Shown here: positions 34,569 to 48,892 of the stretch, one piece after another | Layout of the letters: the number at the start of each line of letters is the position of its first letter | Numbering within the stretch: position 1 is the first letter of the stretch | NCBI RefSeq assembly: GCF_002113885.1 | Contig: NW_018405595.1 | Location: 1,187,123-1,251,122 of the forward strand | From: Mizuhopecten yessoensis | Taxonomy: Eukaryota | Length of the DNA: 64,000 nt | Direction: 5' to 3' | Program-made: the position numbers and the translations under genes | The notes under the pieces: model-generated | Seen by the model: the letters and a program-made list of their open reading frames with translations, nothing else | What the model was told of the DNA's origin: nothing | The model's database searches: none

Positions 34569-37013
34569 GTGATACAATGCATCATAATTTTACACATGCA
34601 GACAGATGCGACGCATCACGATACTAAACGCTGAACGCGATATATTCTTAAAACTTGGCGGTGGTGGTGTAGGTCGCCGGTATCTGCCAGACACCGAGAG
34701 AGACCCGTATAAAGCATATCTTAAGTACAGACGCTGTAATTTCATAGCAATACATATCTCAATGTTTGCAATGCTCCTTAAAAGCATTCCCTGATCGTAG
34801 TGCAGGATTATATCCCCAGCCTTACTTTTTAGCTGTAGCTGCTTTTGAATAGGTGACAGAATTCAGTGTTCTCTCGGAAACTTGATCAGATATTTAATTA
34901 GTACGACCACAGCTGTATGAAAGCAGTGTTTGATGTTTCATATTTAGATTGACTCTGGACCGCCATCACTGGTATTATTTGTGGGTATTTTGTAGATATA
35001 CATTGACAAGTAATGACATGGTTTGGCGCATGATACTCTGATAAAGAAACACGTACATCTATAACACGGTGAACGCGCATGAGCGTTAACGCCTTAATAA
35101 ACACGTGACCTTCAGTTATATCGTTTGACACTAAATAAGTGAACACCAAATCATTATGAAAAATACTTAACAATCGATATTGGAAGTGACAGATTGTGAA
35201 TATTATTAACGATATTTGAATAATTAATTTGATGCAATGAGAAAACTTAAGTGCGAAAATCGATTGTAGTTAAGCTATTATCAAAGTGCACTTGCAAAAC
35301 ATGTTACTCCTCGACACATATGTCTTTATAAGCCTTATAGAACATTTGGACATGTACGGGGAAATGAACTACAGTTGTATCAAAGTAACACCAAAAAAAA
35401 AAAACTAAAAAAAATGCCAGTGCTAGTGTTCAAAAATAGCGGTATGCCTTTTCTCTCGTAGCAATAACAGACTGGCTCCCACGTAACCAACAGTAGCGCA
35501 AGCCGCAGGTTGCAGTGTGTGCGACAACGGATTCTACGAATTAGCGCTAGCAATCTGTTTATGACTTAAACGAGGCCTTGGAAGATTTGAGAAATTCATT
35601 TTGTTTGAGTGACTATCTGCTAATACTTCTTGGAAACTCAATGCCCTGGGAACCGATATCGTAAAATCTTTGGTTTTAATGAGAATTATCGTCGTGGGCG
35701 TTGCTTGATAGTATTGGAATATCTCCGGTGAGAGGATACCTCGCAGCTGTCACGTATACACTGGGGTAAGTGAAGAAAATAATTAATGAAGGCAATAATT
35801 AATGAAGAAAATGTACTTCCCGTGCATTAGAAATATTGATATGGATATCATGATTAATCACTAAATCTGTTTGAGAGGGAAAATGATTAACAGTTTAATT
35901 AATTAACTCATCTCATTGGCTAATATCATGTACTCTGTAAGTCGGACGTTGATTGTTATGTCCCTTCTGCTACAAGAGTGCACATGGCTTGGTTTAAACA
36001 TGTAATTTGGATACATGCGACACATTTTAATCTTTTCGAGTCAATTCAATTTATACAACAATAATGCCGTGCTCACGATATCAACAGCCATTTTCACCTA
36101 AATTGCAATCCTGATAATTCAATCATTCTAGGGCATTATGATTTTTTTTTTATACCTGTTGATAAATTTCTCAGTGAACTACATCTATTCATATACGGAG
36201 GTTTTTAACTGGATGGTCTCGAAAGTAAGGAAATGTTAATGCGTTATTGTTATGATATATATTCTCGCGTTATTTCGCGAGATAAGCTGATATCCTGATA
36301 TATCAACCTCGCCAGTGGTAAGCCATGATACATTTATACAAGTATATACTGCAAAGTTTCATTTCACTTTTCTAAATTATCACGAGTATCTTGTTTACAG
36401 AAAACTCGGGAAAATCAGCATTGGTGAAAAATAAGTGTTTTACAGTTTTAACACTGGTAAATCGGAACATCACCAAGATACTACATTGTATAATGAAATA
36501 CTTGAGAAATTGACGCCATAGCACGTATACTTTAGACCAGTTTTTTTTATTAAGTTGACGGCAGCTTTCTTATATGAAGCTCTACTAGCATGAACTGCTG
36601 TCTACTGCAATCAAACAGCCAGTGTCTGGAGTACAGCAGATCCAGGGGCGGGGACCTTTTGTTTGTGTAAGTGGTTACCCTCAAAAGAATGAAGTAGCTC
36701 GTTAACTATCGTTCATTATACTTAATAGATTACCTGTCAGTCGATATTGGAATCATCCAACTGTAGGTGATAGCGCACAGAGCACAGCTGTAACATGCTT
36801 CTCGAGCTTAGTCTACGCGTTTTGTCTGACAATTTTGTAAATGACCTTTTTACTTGATCACATTCTTCGTCCGATGTGGCTCTTTTTAGAAACTCAGAAC
36901 ATGCTTTTTGATGTTCTTAAAAAAACTGCAGTGAAAAATTGGTTTAAATTGTAATCATACCAATGTATATACATGTATATACATGTAATGAAGGAACTAA
37001 AGAATTATACAAC

Positions 37014-37590
37014 TGAGTCAGGGGGACGCATTGTGTAAGGGACATAATGAATCAGGTTGACACATTGAGTTAGGGATGCATTTTTTTCAGGGAACACATT
37101 TACTCATGGGCGCATTGAGTCAATGGCATACGTTTAGTCATGGGAACTCACTGGATCGGATACACATTAAGCTAGGGACACATTTTTTAGGGGATATATT
37201 GATTCGGATATACATTGAGTCAGGGGACACAATGAGTGTGGGCCCCACTGAGTCAAAGACACGAGTCAGGGACATATTGAGTGTGGGCCCCGTTGAGTCA
37301 AAGACACGAGTCAGGGACATATTGAAACTGGGAGAAACATTTACTCATTAAGATGTTGAGTCAAGAATATTTCAGGTAATGGAAATATCGTGTCTATGAC
37401 ATGTTTAGTGAGAGCTGTAAGGACATACTGAGTTGAGGTTTGGAACAAATTGAGTCTGTGGCACAGTGCGCCATGATAGATATTGAGTAAGGGTACGTTG
37501 AATCTATTGGTCTCTGAGTCAGGGATGTATTGAGTCAATATCACTGCGTCATTGGCTCATTGAGTCGAAGACAAATTTAGTCAGGAGCTC
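37014..37590. repeat. Degenerate minisatellite (TGAGTCAGGGACACAT-like unit) including a 45-bp tandem duplication
   Basis: Recurrent TGAGTCA/GGGACA motifs. 37233-37277 is repeated at 37278-37322. Confidence 0.8.
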
Positions 37591-39247
37591 GTTGCACCAA
37601 AGGCAAAGTTACATCAAGCATTGTCATCTTCATGACAGGTCGCCTATACATTGTAATAGGCCACCTCTAAAACGAGATCTAAATTAGAAAAAGTATTGTA
37701 TCGGATTCAAAGTAATCCCGTTAAGATTCAATTGACAAAATTACATTTTTTTTCTGCCGACATTTCACTCAAAGAAATTGTTATTCGATTGAGCTCATGA
37801 AGCTTTGCATATTTAATTCCAGACACATTTTATTATTAACGTATGAAGACTAAATACCAACTTGTGTGAACATCATGAAGGTTTTTTCTGTCTGTAAGAT
37901 ATGAAATCGCCACTTCCGGTCCGCTGAGAGTTGAAGCTCTGGTGCGAAAGTGACTCTCAATCCAGGTCCATTTATTGGCGTGTCAGATAACACGGCTTCA
38001 ACACTTCTTTATCACGTCCTTAACACAAGGGCATATGGATAGTCACAATTCATCAATTGTTTTTCATGTGGTCAGTATGATTGACCAGCAGTAATACATG
38101 ACCGATCCATATTGGAATAGATGTTAGCCATTTACGAATTGTTAAATGTTTTAAAATAGTCAAATGAAGTGACCTTACGTGTGGTTTTGCCTTATGTTTA
38201 TTAAAAAACTGCACCTAAAATTTAATTTCAGTACATGTACCAAATAAAAATGGGTTTCGAAATTGCAACAAAACGTTGTTAGGGTAAAATCAAGCTTTAG
38301 AATACCAATAGTTGTGTAGGGCAATTTGTGACCGGACCGTCATTTGATCTACATTTTCTGTTCATACTCCGGAACCATACATTTTTTAATTTAAGAACTT
38401 TCCTAATTCTCAATATTTCTTCAAACATTAATTAGAATAGAAAAGCGATTTGAATAAAATTGATATTTGAAAAATGATATGTTTTCCGATACGACAAAGC
38501 GAGTATTGTAAAAAAAAAGCCAATACGCGGACAAGAATATCGCTTTTCCCATCGAATTCACTTTTCGACTGAAAACGACATGTTTTCGATGCAACAAAAC
38601 GCCATTCAAAAAAACTGTATCAGCGCTTTTTGCTTTGTTGCCACGATAATACGCTGTAAAACGATGTTTGTGTCACAGCAACGAAGCGTCTGTGTAAAGA
38701 TATGAAATGGTGTTTATTTCGCAGGGAAAAGGGCAAAAAGGGAAAAATGGCCCTGATCAGCCACCACAAGAAACAGTGGGTGAATCGCAGGAAACTAGCT
38801 TAAGAACAATTAAGAAGAAACGTGAGCTATGAGATTAAACTAACTTATAGAAGACACGTGACAGCTAGGAAGGTGTGCCTGTCAATTGAAAATAAAAGAG
38901 AAGAATCTGATGAGAAGCAGTTGTGATTTGAACAGACACTCCGGGAATAATAATTGTTTGACGTCTACCCTGGTCTTGAAATGATTACATCAGCATCTGT
39001 TACTCAGATTTTACTGGATAAGCGTGCTAATTTTTTGCGAATTAGGCCGATGCTGATTTCACAGCAGTGAATTGAGTTTTACTGAAAGTGAGTAAATAAT
39101 CTCCTTATACATAATTGGATACTGGACGAAGTTGTTCCGAAGCTGTCGACATAAGACACCCGCATAGGGTTTAATTTAAATAAAGATTCCGAGAGTTGAA
39201 TTTCAGTCTCCTGAGATTAGAAAGTGTTCCTTGTTCATCTAACTAAT

Positions 39248-39625
39248 CTGATAATGTTGTTGATCTGATAACACTAGGATAGAATGTATGGTAAACGTTT
39301 TTTGTCCTGTTAAAACTAGGATAGAATGTATGGTAAACGTTTTTGTCCTGATAACACGTCGATAGAAGGTATTGGAAAATGTTATTAGTCTGATAACACG
39401 TGGATAAAAGGTATGGTGAAAATGTATTCAGATAACACGGGGGTATGTTTGGTGCAAGTTTATTGATCTGATAACACCAGGAGAGAAGGTTTGGTGAAAT
39501 TTATCGGTCTGATAACACCAGGAGAGAAGGTATGGTGAAAGTTATCGGTCTGATAACACCAAGGGAGAAGGTATGGTGAAAGTTATCGGTCTGATAACAC
39601 CAGAAGAGAAGGTGTGGTGAAAGTT
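39248..39625. repeat. Minisatellite, about 41-bp unit, about 9 copies
   Basis: CTGATAACACCAGGAGAGAAGGTATGGTGAAAGTTATCGGT variants. Confidence 0.9.
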
Positions 39626-40422
39626 TACTATTACGTTATATTTGGAGGGAGGAAATGCGAACTGTCGGGATCACATCCGATACATTAACAGCACATTACA
39701 CATGTGTACCATCTTGGACAGAGATTAATTCGTGTTTCAAGATCTGTGTCCGTCTCTTCGACGTCGCCTGAGTCAACGAACGAAAAAAACCCTCTGATTT
39801 TACAGAAACCCTATATTAATCGCCTTTTACATATACATGTACCATATACATGTACCATGTACCATATACATGTACCATATACATGCAGTGGTATACTTCA
39901 GGTCTACTCTTGGTTTCTCAAATGCTTTAAGCAGAAAACTACAAGGAAAACTCCACGCCTGTTTCTGGAGAGGGCGGGGCTACATTACACGTGACTCCAA
40001 ATGATTTAAGGATTACTGACGATACAATGTGCGTACTATATGACCAAGATATAGGCACTGGGTTTAAACAGACAGGTGTTCCTTGGAAGTGTACTGCTTA
40101 ACTTGAAATGGACGCGGATTAAGACAATAACATCACACAAAAGTACAAGACAAAAACATTAATATAATATCTACTGTGTAACTAAATCAATAGAAAAACC
40201 AAAGTCTTATGAATTCCTTTAAATAAGCAAGACTGTAAAATCTGTATGTTAATTGTTCATGTCAATCTACTTTTGAATGGTTCACTTGGGACTATGAATG
40301 ATGATATCGTAAATCTGTTCATCATGAGATAACATACTAACAATTCTATCATGCATGTCTCGTTAACGTATCAAGGACGTATGTTGTACACGTTGTGGAT
40401 GGTGAACGCACTCTGGTGGGAC

Positions 40423-42523
40423 TCTATGTATATAAAGACATGCTATTAAGTGGTAAGTGAGATTTGTACGGTCTCATGTCGTATCAGTGAGGTTGAAATC
40501 ATCAATCGATATTTTGAGTCACATCTTTGGCTGACTAAATAGAGGAATGTCTGCATCCGGGCACTCACTGGTCCACATCATCAAAATACGGTACTCACAG
40601 CTGATAATTAACACGGCAAGAGCCCCGATTATACACATCAAGAACTCCGACCTATTACAACCTTGTAATATTTACCGTCCTATTCTCCTCATTGTAATCC
40701 CTTCATTGACATCTTAATACCAAACATCACCACTCGAGACCCATTATCTCATACTCACCACTCAATACTCACCACTCAATACTCACCACTCAATACTAAC
40801 CATTCAATACTCACCCCTCAATACTCACCACTCAGTATTCCCCACTCAATACTCACCACTCAATACTAACCACTCAATACTCACCACTCAAGATGCGAAA
40901 CTACATCTATGTATATAAAGACATGCTATTAAGTGGTAAGTGAGATTTGTACGGTCTCATGTCGTATCAGTGAGGTTGAAATCATCAATCGATATTTTGA
41001 GTCACATCTTTGGCTGACTAAATAGAGGAATGTCTGCATCCGGGCACTCACTGGTCCACATCATCAAAATACGGTACTCACAGCTGATAATTAACACGGC
41101 AAGAGCCCCGATTATACACATCAAGAACTCCGACCTATTACAACCTTGTAAAATTTACCGTCCTATTCTCCTCATTGTAATCCCTTCATTGACATCTTAA
41201 TACCTAACATCACCACTCGAGACCCATTATCTCATACTAACCACTCAATACTCACCACTCAAGATGCGAAACTACATCTATGTATATAAAGACATGCTAT
41301 TAAGTGGTAAGTGAGATTTGTACGGTCTCATGTCGTATCAGTGAGGTTGAAATCATCAATCGATATTTTGAGTCACATCTTTGGCTGACTAAATAGAGGA
41401 ATGTCTGCATCCGGGCACTCACTGGTCCACATCATCAAAATACGGTACTCACAGCTGATAATTAACACGGCAAGAGCCCCGATTATACACATCAAGAACT
41501 CCGACCTATTACAACCTTGTAATATTTACCGTCCTATTCTCCTCATTGTAATCACTTCATTGACATCTTAATACCAAACATCACCACTCGAGACCCATTA
41601 TCTCATACTAACCACTCAATACTCACCACTCAAGATGCGAAACTACATCTATGTATATAAAGACATGCTATTAAGTGGTAAGTGAGATTTGTACGGTCTC
41701 ATGTCGTATCAGTGAGGTTGAAATCATCAATCGATATTTTGAGTCACATCTTTGGCTGACTAAATAGAGGAATGTCTGCATCCGGGCACTCACTGGTCCA
41801 CATCATCAAAATACGGTACTCACAGCTGATAATTAACACGGCAAGAGCCCCGATTATACACATCAAGAACTCCGACCTATTACAACCTTGTAATATTTAC
41901 CGTCCTATTCTCCTCATTGTAATCACTTCATTGACATCTTAATACCAAACATCACCACTCGAGACCCATTATCTCATACTAACCACTCAATACTCACCAC
42001 TCAATACGCACCACTCAATACTCACCCCTCAATACTCCCCACTCAGTATTCACCACTCAATACTCACCACTCAATACTCCCCACTCAGTATTCACCACTC
42101 AATACGCACCACTCAATCCTCACCACTCAATACTCACCACTCAGTACTCACCACTCAATACTCCCCACTCAATCCTAACCATTCAATACTCACCACTCAA
42201 TAATCGACACTCAGTACTCATCACTAGATACTCACTACTCGCTACTCACCACTCAATACTAACCATTCAATACTCACCACTCAATAATCCACACTCAGTA
42301 CTCATCACTAGATACTCACTACTCACTACTCACCACTCAATACTAACCATTCAATACTCACCACTCAATACTTACCATTCAATACTCGCCACTCAATACT
42401 CACCACTCAATACTCACCACTCAATACTAACCATTCAATACTCATCACTCAGTATTCACCACTCAATACTCGCCACTCAATACTAACCACTCAATACTCA
42501 CCACTCAAGATGCGAAACTACAT
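40423..42523. repeat. Composite tandem array: four near-identical units, each with an embedded 14-bp VNTR
   Basis: Units start at 40423, 40906, 41277 and 41648 (483, 371, 371, 876 bp). The length differences come from the copy number of CACCACTCAATACT. Confidence 0.95.
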
Positions 42524-43796
42524 TTGTACATGAGCTTTTATTTAACAAAGGCCAAATGTTGCAAAAATAATGCAAATAATATACCATTAATGAGTTATTT
42601 ATTACATGTAATGCTGGCAGAAGGACAAACAATATTTTATCATGGATTTAATGAATTTTCAAAAATGACAAAACCTGTTTATCGCTACGCTTAGAAGTAA
42701 CCGCGACGGCTTGGATAATATAGTATGTCCAACTTTACAGGCAGTCCGCTTCTATGTCAAGACACAGACATGAACTAGTTACATGTACTTGTCCTAGTAG
42801 CAGATTGTCTTCAAGATATTTTCAGTTTCCGATTGGTATTCATATTGACTATGAAAACTATTCCAAATGGGATCCCTTTCTTGACCTGTCCATTTCAACA
42901 CATGCGACCGGACCAAGAAAGCAAATTTTACTGCAGGTCGTGGCCTCGATAAGGGGTGATTGGTTTGAAGACAAGTTAACCCGTATAGTATAGATGTGTT
43001 GACCGCAGGAGGCGCTCTAATGAGAAAGCCATTTACGCGTCTGTCCCTAATGGGGCGGCTTCTTGGAACACGACTTCCGACCTACGAAGACACAACACGA
43101 TTATGTGATTAAGAAATTACCTAAGAGCAGGACAATACCACTAATGAGTGGGGCAGCGCTTACTTTCTGTGTTGTTAATTTAAAAGTGTGCATACATAAG
43201 GAGAGAAAACGGCAGCAAAATGGAATCAAAATCGGAGAATGATGGACTGCGATATTGCATGTGGAGTCATCTACACTATCGACCCGGTATATCAGATAAC
43301 CTAAACATTGGCTAACATGCGATAATGTGTAAACACACGCCATCTCAGCACTAGGCTTCCGGTGGTTGTCGTAGACTGTAGCTTCATTATCATATCAATG
43401 AATTAAATGAGGTTAACACGTTTATTTCTTTTCTTTGAGTTTTTGCATGGAAGATCAGAACAAGATGAACATCTGAATGTTGTTAAAAAGGTCATTCCAA
43501 TGACATATTGCAATATACGCCGTTTCATTTACGTGTATAGAAGACAAAAAAGTTACATGTATTGAATCTGCTCTTTTCATGTACATGACGTATGCCAATA
43601 GTTTTGGAATTTAAGTAGGGAGTAAACTTGCTACAATATCTCTTTTAATTTCTGTGTGTTGTACTGCTGAAAGATCTATATCAATAGACAGGTGACGCGT
43701 GCTACATTGGTCACGTGACATGGAAAGAGTGACAACACATTAAATTGAATACCTAATATTGAAAACGGTCAAATGATATTGAATGATGACATGGCC

Positions 43797-44525
43797 TTTG
43801 ATACTGGTCACATTATATGACATTAACATAGGGGATACTAGTCACATGACTTAGACACTGATCATATCACAGAGAATACTAGTCGCATGACATAGATACT
43901 GATCATATGACAGGGATACTAGTCACATAACACGGACACCGCTAATCTGACAGGGGATACAAGTCACATGATGATACAAGTCACATCACACGGACACCGC
44001 TTATCTGACAGGGGATACAAGTTACATGATGTGCAAGTCACATGACACGGACACCGCTTATCAGAAAGGGGATACAAGTCACATGACATGGACACTGATC
44101 ATATGACAGGGGATACAATTCACATGACATGGACACTTATCATATGACAGGGGATACTAGTCACATGACATGGACAACTCTTATCTGATAGGGGATACTA
44201 GTCACATGGTAAAATTACTGATCATATGACAAGGATACTAGTCAAATGAAAAGGACACTGATAATATGACAGGGATACTAGTCACATGACAAGGACACTG
44301 ATCCTATGATAGGGGATAGAGTGTCAAATGATATTAACATAGACACTGTGTTCATATGACAGGGATACTAATCACATGACATATACACTGATCATATGAC
44401 ATTGGAAAACAGTCACATGACATTGACATTGATCATATGATAGAGATACAAGTCAAATGACCTGGACAATGATCATAGCTCATGGAATATTTGTCATATG
44501 ACATTGACACTGACATTGTGACAGA
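43797..44525. repeat. Minisatellite, about 41-bp unit with two related halves
   Basis: GGGGATACTAGTCACATGACATGGACACTGATCATATGACA variants. Confidence 0.9.
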
Positions 44526-45031
44526 CACATTATAATCATCTAACAATACTGACTAGGAAAGTATCCACACGAAATTTTGAACGTTTGTCCATAAAACGTA
44601 ATGGTTGATAATTGTTTTTGAAATAAAACTGGTCCTTGCTACAAATGTGCCTTTGAGTCCTTGTTGACCTCGAGATCTGTTTCACGTTTTTTATCAGTGT
44701 TTGAATCCAGTTATTCATAGGTTAACTATTTTTCGGTGTCAGGGGAAATTTCTTAATTACATCTAAACGATACTTTGAATGCTCATCTCGGCTCTTCTCT
44801 TTGGTGATTCGTTTTTATACGTTCGCATGGCAGTAATCATGTGGCGGCGCTCTTTCTCGTCCTGAACGAGTTGGGAATAAGCACCGATACAACCAACCAA
44901 AACTCACTTGAAAGCACACCAGAACGTCTATATTTCAGTTTCTCCTGGGACTACGCCCAAGTGTGTAGCAACCACACAACGTATTTACAATTACTGGATT
45001 TAATTGGGGCAATAGGTCAGTGATAAATAAC

Positions 45032-45252
45032 TCCCCCGCCTCGTGCTCGCCATAGGATCCCCAGTTCTCTGTGCCTCCCACCCCCCCGCCTCGTGCTCGC
45101 CATACGATCCCCAGTTCTCTGCACCCCCCCCCCCCCCGCCTCGTGCTCGCCATAGGATCCCCAGTTCTCACCTACTCCCAGTGCCCTGCCTCACTGACGC
45201 CATGGGATCCCCAGTTCTCTGTGCCTCCCACTCCCCCGCCTCGTGCTCGCCC
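45032..45252. repeat. GC-rich minisatellite, about 51-bp unit, about 4 copies
   Basis: CCCCCGCCTCGTGCTCGCCATAGGATCCCCAGTTCTCTGTGCCTCCCA variants. Confidence 0.9.
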
Positions 45253-45529
45253 TAGATTACTCACAGTGTACCTGTACCCTGTTAAATGCCATACTGAAGC
45301 TATGCGATAATCGGTGTTTATTGGTTGTATATATTATAATCGACACGGGTTGCAGAGGTGGTTTTCCTAAAATAGTTACCTGAGAGGAAGTATTCTATCA
45401 TAAATTCTATCTGCATACTATAATCATTGTATCGGGATAACAATTTCATTCCTGTCTTACAGTTGAAAATGAGAGAATAACATTAAAAAAAAGTTTAGAG
45501 AGCAGTGAGTCTAGTTACGTTAAATTCTA

Positions 45530-46093
45530 AAAGTGGGGCTTCAAACAATGGCTTTCGAATAACAGAATAGAAGACAAGGAAAGGGACAGATGAAAATAGA
45601 GTCATTCTTCAAGGGACATACAAAACACACAACACTTTGTGATATATTTGTTTGTTTATTTGTATTGGTTTAACCTCCTTGAAACAGCCAGCTTAGGTCA
45701 TTAATTGGGAGACGTCTGCAACTGAAATGAAAGAGTAGGAAAGTGTGAAAGAAATTTTGGATCGTTCAGTTCCTTAGTACTGGAGCGATATTGCTGACGA
45801 AACTAAACGTTATACAAGCGAACAGGTCAGTAACTGCATACGTAAGTCCTTTTATGGTTCAATCAAACTGAAAAATCAACTACTATTTTGGATTCGTATG
45901 GGGATTGTATTTGAGTAATCTAGCAGACCAAGGCTATGATGAAGCAACTATGATGAGCTCTGGCCTTAATAGGGTTAAGGCAATATTTCATCGTTGTTTT
46001 GTGAACGTCACATTGCTGTCACATGTGCTTGCTATAGCTCTTGCCTCATCCTTAAGAGTCATTCCAGAAATTCGGAATCTCTTTGACAGTTGA
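45530..46093 (+). pseudogene. hAT transposase remnant (Tip100/ZMYM1-like)
   Basis: YWSDIADETKRYTSEQVS resembles the first catalytic-D motif. LSNLADQGYDEATMMS...SHVLAIAL...IPEIRNLFD resembles the GQGYDGAxxMSG...HCxxHxLNL region. Heavily degraded. Confidence 0.65.
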
Positions 46094-47904
46094 TAGGTAT
46101 CTTGATGTAAGTACCAAATTAACAGCCAGATTCTGCGGGTAAGGATGACAAACTTTACCAACAGCGTCTTTTTGACACGTCACAATGTATCAACTATGAC
46201 ATAAATCTGTTAAATTTAGACGGACAGCACGGATGTTATGTGACCATATATATACTTAAAATGTATACCTATAAAGTGTCTTCGTCCTCCGAACCCTGAA
46301 CCCCATCCAGCCGCGTCTACGCTTCAATTTGATCTCCAATCAGTTGGGCCAACATCCGCCCATGTTTTTTTTATATGTATCCGAGATCAACATGAATACC
46401 ATCCTTTCAAGAAATTTTTTTTTGTGTGTGTGTTTGCATTGTAAATCAAAAGCAAAACGCTGGAGTCATGATGGCAGCACTTATCCTAAGGGAAATATAT
46501 CCCTGCTTTTAAACAGGATTACATAAATTCAAAAAGGGCAGCTAGACCCATGGTAACGCTGCTGATTCTCTGATCATTAGACGGCGACCTTAACATGTTA
46601 AACATCAACTTTTTGTGTTGGTATTAATCGATCGACGACACTGTTTCATTGGAATGAATCTACGTTTGGGTATTATTTTACCGTAGTTACTGAGTTCACT
46701 CTGGGCATGGACACAACGTAGTCCTACTCAGACTAGTAATGGGCAGCATCTGATATGAGTTTTCCTCATGTCCATTGGTAAAACATATTCCAAGATAAAC
46801 GTTCTTAGCGCTTTAAGGATGTATGTCCTAAGTGATGGCGACAGCGTGTTGATGACACTCTTCAACTAACAGCAATCAGCCAATCGCATCATCAAATTTT
46901 GTTATCCAGAAACGTAATTCCACAACCACCTTATTCGAATCGGGGCTATATTTTGTCAGGTTCATTTGATTAATTTCCTTCCTATTTTAGCAAATATCTC
47001 TTAATTTTTGTTTAAGTTCATACTGATATTTTGTATGAACACCAATTGCGTTTATGAGGTTGTTATTATTACAAAATATTATGTTTACACGGAAACGGGG
47101 AAGTATGTTTACCTGAATATTTCCTCTTGACGCAAAGATAACTATGCTAAATGTATCATAAAGTTTGTCGTGTGCCAAAAAACGGATTGCTCGCAATTTA
47201 TAATATACCTTCCAGACAGGATACACTGTTTAAACACCACAATCATTGTATCACATATTATTCATATTTCAACACCGAACGGTTATATATCATTATAATT
47301 CGAAGTTAAATATACATGTACGTTAAGAAAATAACAAGCTGTGCTCGCTCCTAATATTGTCGAAGTCGAGGCGCGTAAATACTTCAAAGTGATGCCTACA
47401 TAATTTCCGCTCGGCCGTCAATTTGTTGAAGGAACTTCAAATAGTTTTTTTTATCGATTCTTAACCAATCCATTTATCACGTTAAGGGTAAGGATATGGC
47501 TCTGTACTTTCTGAACATGTCATTACAATCTTAAAATACAACTTCATCGAACTATCCGAGAAAAAAATCCATACGTCAGATTCAATTACTGCTGTAATGC
47601 AGCGACGATAGCTATTTCTGGTACAATGCAATCAACCAGGATTTAAAACCATCCGGCGCGGCAGTAGTCAACAGTTCACGTTCCTACAGGGCAGGTTAAT
47701 TAGAATTTCCTTGTAAAGTCAGCCTTACGTCGATATGTGATGGTCTTCTATTTTATGCACTCTTTATATGTATGCATATCGAAGTTCACTGATGGCTATT
47801 ATTACACGTGGATCTTGCGTATTACAATACATACAATTAAAATAAAGAGCAGTAATGCATGATTTGAAGATATCAGTCACGTTAATGTGCATATGCATAT
47901 TTAA

Positions 47905-48892
47905 GGTGGCTCCACACTTTCGCAATTAACCAGCAAAATTCATTGAAACTTTCATATAATGGTTATGCAACTATGTAGAGTTAATTGTTTGGGGACTTTT
48001 TGGAAATGAATTTTCGTCAATTTTAATATGTCTATTTTGTGTGTGGCATTGTTCGGAACAATAACAACAATAAAAAATGAAAAGAAGCATTTCTAACTAA
48101 CACTACAAATATTTTATTTATCGCAAACTATGTAACACATGTTACACAAAGCGTTTTTTTTTATTGAATTTGTACGGTTAAAAATGATTATCTACAAGCT
48201 TAAAGCAAACAGGACACAAAGATCTATACATAAAGAGTGGGAAATTGAACAAAATATACACAATGGCTTTATAATTAATATATTTTACATTTTACAATCA
48301 CTTTGATCTGGGTGAGAGCTATCTTCCGTGAAGAAAATCGGAACTTTTTGCAGAGGTCGTCTGGTCTCATGTCACTGTCTTCCAGTGAGTCTGTTTATGT
48401 CTATGAATTGGAAAGCTTTATTCGTGAAGTACGTGTGCTTATGCATTTCCCGGTAAAATCTCGATATCGGGTGTTGACATATCATCGGCACGCACGTGTA
48501 CTATTGTTTACCAGGGGCCTGTTCGTTTATGCGGAACAACCAGGTTGACCGTTTATAAATGTAACAATTTTGGGTATAAATCCTGGCGGACCTGCAAATA
48601 TGTATGCAGGCCTTGCAAGGCTTTCTCAAGGCTCGCCCGCAAGCAGCATAAGATTACTAGGTCCGACCTTATTTAATAAACGAACAACAGTGGTCCGATC
48701 AGTTTGACCGTTTAATCGAAAACGGCCCTGTGTTACTATAATTTGCACTTCGATATTGAATGCCCGATACGCAATATGGAAATGACGACACGGTGTACAT
48801 GCACATTTCGATCAAGATAATTGAGTCCGAGCTGTACTTTTTCCGGAAGTACGTCACGAAATTGGACGCTGATGACTATGTGTGGAGCCACC
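47905..48892. mobile_element. Non-autonomous Kolobok-type element (988 bp)
   Basis: TTAA TSD (47901-47904, 48893-48896) and a perfect 13-bp TIR GGTGGCTCCACAC / GTGTGGAGCCACC. No coding capacity seen. Confidence 0.85.

Noticed and set aside
35500-35771. Possible non-coding first exon ending in GG|GTAAGT; similarly a possible exon at about 38725-39088
   Set aside because: Splice-like motifs alone, with no ORF or linked exons; needs transcript evidence.
40423-42523. CRISPR-like array or hammerhead retrozyme array
   Set aside because: The long segments are near-identical rather than unique spacers, and there are no cas genes. I found no CUGANGA core correctly placed relative to the GAAAC on either strand.
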